DNA of 63,786 nt, counting the filler, from an uncultured Acidimicrobiia bacterium (lineage in GTDB: Bacteria; Actinomycetota; Acidimicrobiia; Spongiisociales; JAOTWH01), in assembly GCA_964347285.1 (NCBI GenBank). It is 3 parts of 3 records of this genome, joined end to end, with 100 filler letters (N's around TTAATTAATTAA, not from the genome) between each part and the next. Parts side by side here need not be neighbours in the genome. Positions count along the whole stretch, not along the records: positions 49,364 to 63,786 come from CAYFYE010000063.1; 2 more parts are not named here. One strand, given 5' to 3'. Of this stretch, positions 63,042-63,786 are shown piece after piece (within the stretch, counting starts at the first letter, position 1; the number at the start of each line of letters is the position of its first letter). The translations under genes and the position numbers were made by a program. Under the pieces are notes generated by a model, which ran no database searches, had not been told where the DNA came from, and was given only the letters and a program-made list of their open reading frames with translations.

Positions 63042-63786
63042 GTGGACGTGACCCTGCCGACATCTCTCGACGAGGCACTGGCCGCGCTTTCCAGCCATCC
63101 CGAGGCCACGTTGCTGGCCGGGGGCACCGACGTCATGGTCGAGGTCAACATGGGGGGCTACCGGCCCGAGCACGTCATCGGCCTGCGCCGGGTCCCCGAG
63201 CTGGCGGAGTGGGAGGGCCGCCGCATAGGCGCCGGGGTGACCTACCGGAGAATGGAGAGCGGCCCCTATCCGGCCCTGGCCCAGCTGGCGCGCACCATCG
63301 GCTCGCCGCAGATTCGCAACGCCGGGACGATCGGCGGCAACCTGGGGACCGCCAGCCCGGCCGGCGACTCGCTGCCGTTCCTGGCCGCCCTCGACGCCGA
63401 GGTCGAGCTGGCCTCGGCAGAGGGGAGGCGGACGCTCCGCTGGGACGACTTCCTCACCGGCGTCAAGCAGAACGCCAGGAGGCCGGGCGAGCTGATCACC
63501 GCCATCACGCTTCCCGAGCGAGTCCCAGAGCGTCAGGCCTTTGCCAAGATTGGTGTCAGGAGCGCCATGGTGATCTCGACCGTCTCGGCCTGCCTGTTCC
63601 GCGACGAGGACGGCACCACCACGATCGCTCTGGGATCGGTGGCGCCAACCCCGATGCGAGCCCGCCGTGCCGAGGCGATGATCTCGGCGGAGTCGAGCCC
63701 CTCGGAAGCGGCCAAGGCCGAGTTCGCCCGTCTGGTCTCGGAGGAGGTGCGACCGATCACCGACCATCGCAGCACCGAGTCCTACC
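63042..63786 (+). CDS. Xanthine dehydrogenase/CoxM-family FAD-binding subunit, 3'-partial
   Basis: Read manually from GTG at 63042 (absent from the ORF track): PTSLDEALA, LAGGTD, IGSPQIRNAGTIGGNLGTASPAGD, GSVAPTP, PITDHRST; runs off the window. Confidence 0.9.
   Translation, partial: MDVTLPTSLDEALAALSSHPEATLLAGGTDVMVEVNMGGYRPEHVIGLRRVPELAEWEGRRIGAGVTYRRMESGPYPALAQLARTIGSPQIRNAGTIGGNLGTASPAGDSLPFLAALDAEVELASAEGRRTLRWDDFLTGVKQNARRPGELITAITLPERVPERQAFAKIGVRSAMVISTVSACLFRDEDGTTTIALGSVAPTPMRARRAEAMISAESSPSEAAKAEFARLVSEEVRPITDHRSTESY

Noticed and set aside
63027..63767. 246-aa minus-strand ORF at the window end
   Set aside because: Shadow of the plus-strand Xdh FAD subunit, which the ORF track missed because it lacks a stop codon in the window.

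Overview
Very GC-rich bacterial DNA, most likely an actinobacterium. The TCGAAC-N4-GTTCGA LexA box, the imuA'-imuB cassette and the rpsO-pnp pair support this; Acidimicrobiia-like is an inference. The window is not contiguous: two artificial 100-nt linkers (N-run/TTAATTAATTAA/N-run at 24701-24800 and 49264-49363) join three contigs, so synteny across them is meaningless. Contig 1 carries a MacB-type exporter, a KhtTU-type antiporter plus P-type ATPase, a copper-type module (SHOCT protein, cupredoxin, His/Met-rich protein, two-component system), an ABC-2 exporter, a choice-of-anchor B protein and a xylose cluster. Contig 2 carries acyltransferases, a TPP riboswitch-thiamine kinase-thiBPQ operon, a GH26-like surface protein, a GT2/GT-C pair, a 5-formyl-THF cyclo-ligase::YbaK/EbsC fusion, LexA-boxed imuA'-imuB, corA, pnp and rpsO. 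Contig 3 holds the best candidate for an undescribed system: a putative purine/ureide catabolic locus with two different tandem carbamoyltransferases (one non-canonical ATCase-fold, one YgeW-like), carbamate kinase, two PLP fold-II enzymes, 8-oxoguanine deaminase and a xanthine dehydrogenase FAD subunit, interrupted by a non-coding 125-bp tandem array. Several pseudogene remnants are scattered through the window. No tRNA, rRNA, CRISPR array or transposase was recognised. All calls are by-eye motif recognition; no database searches were run.
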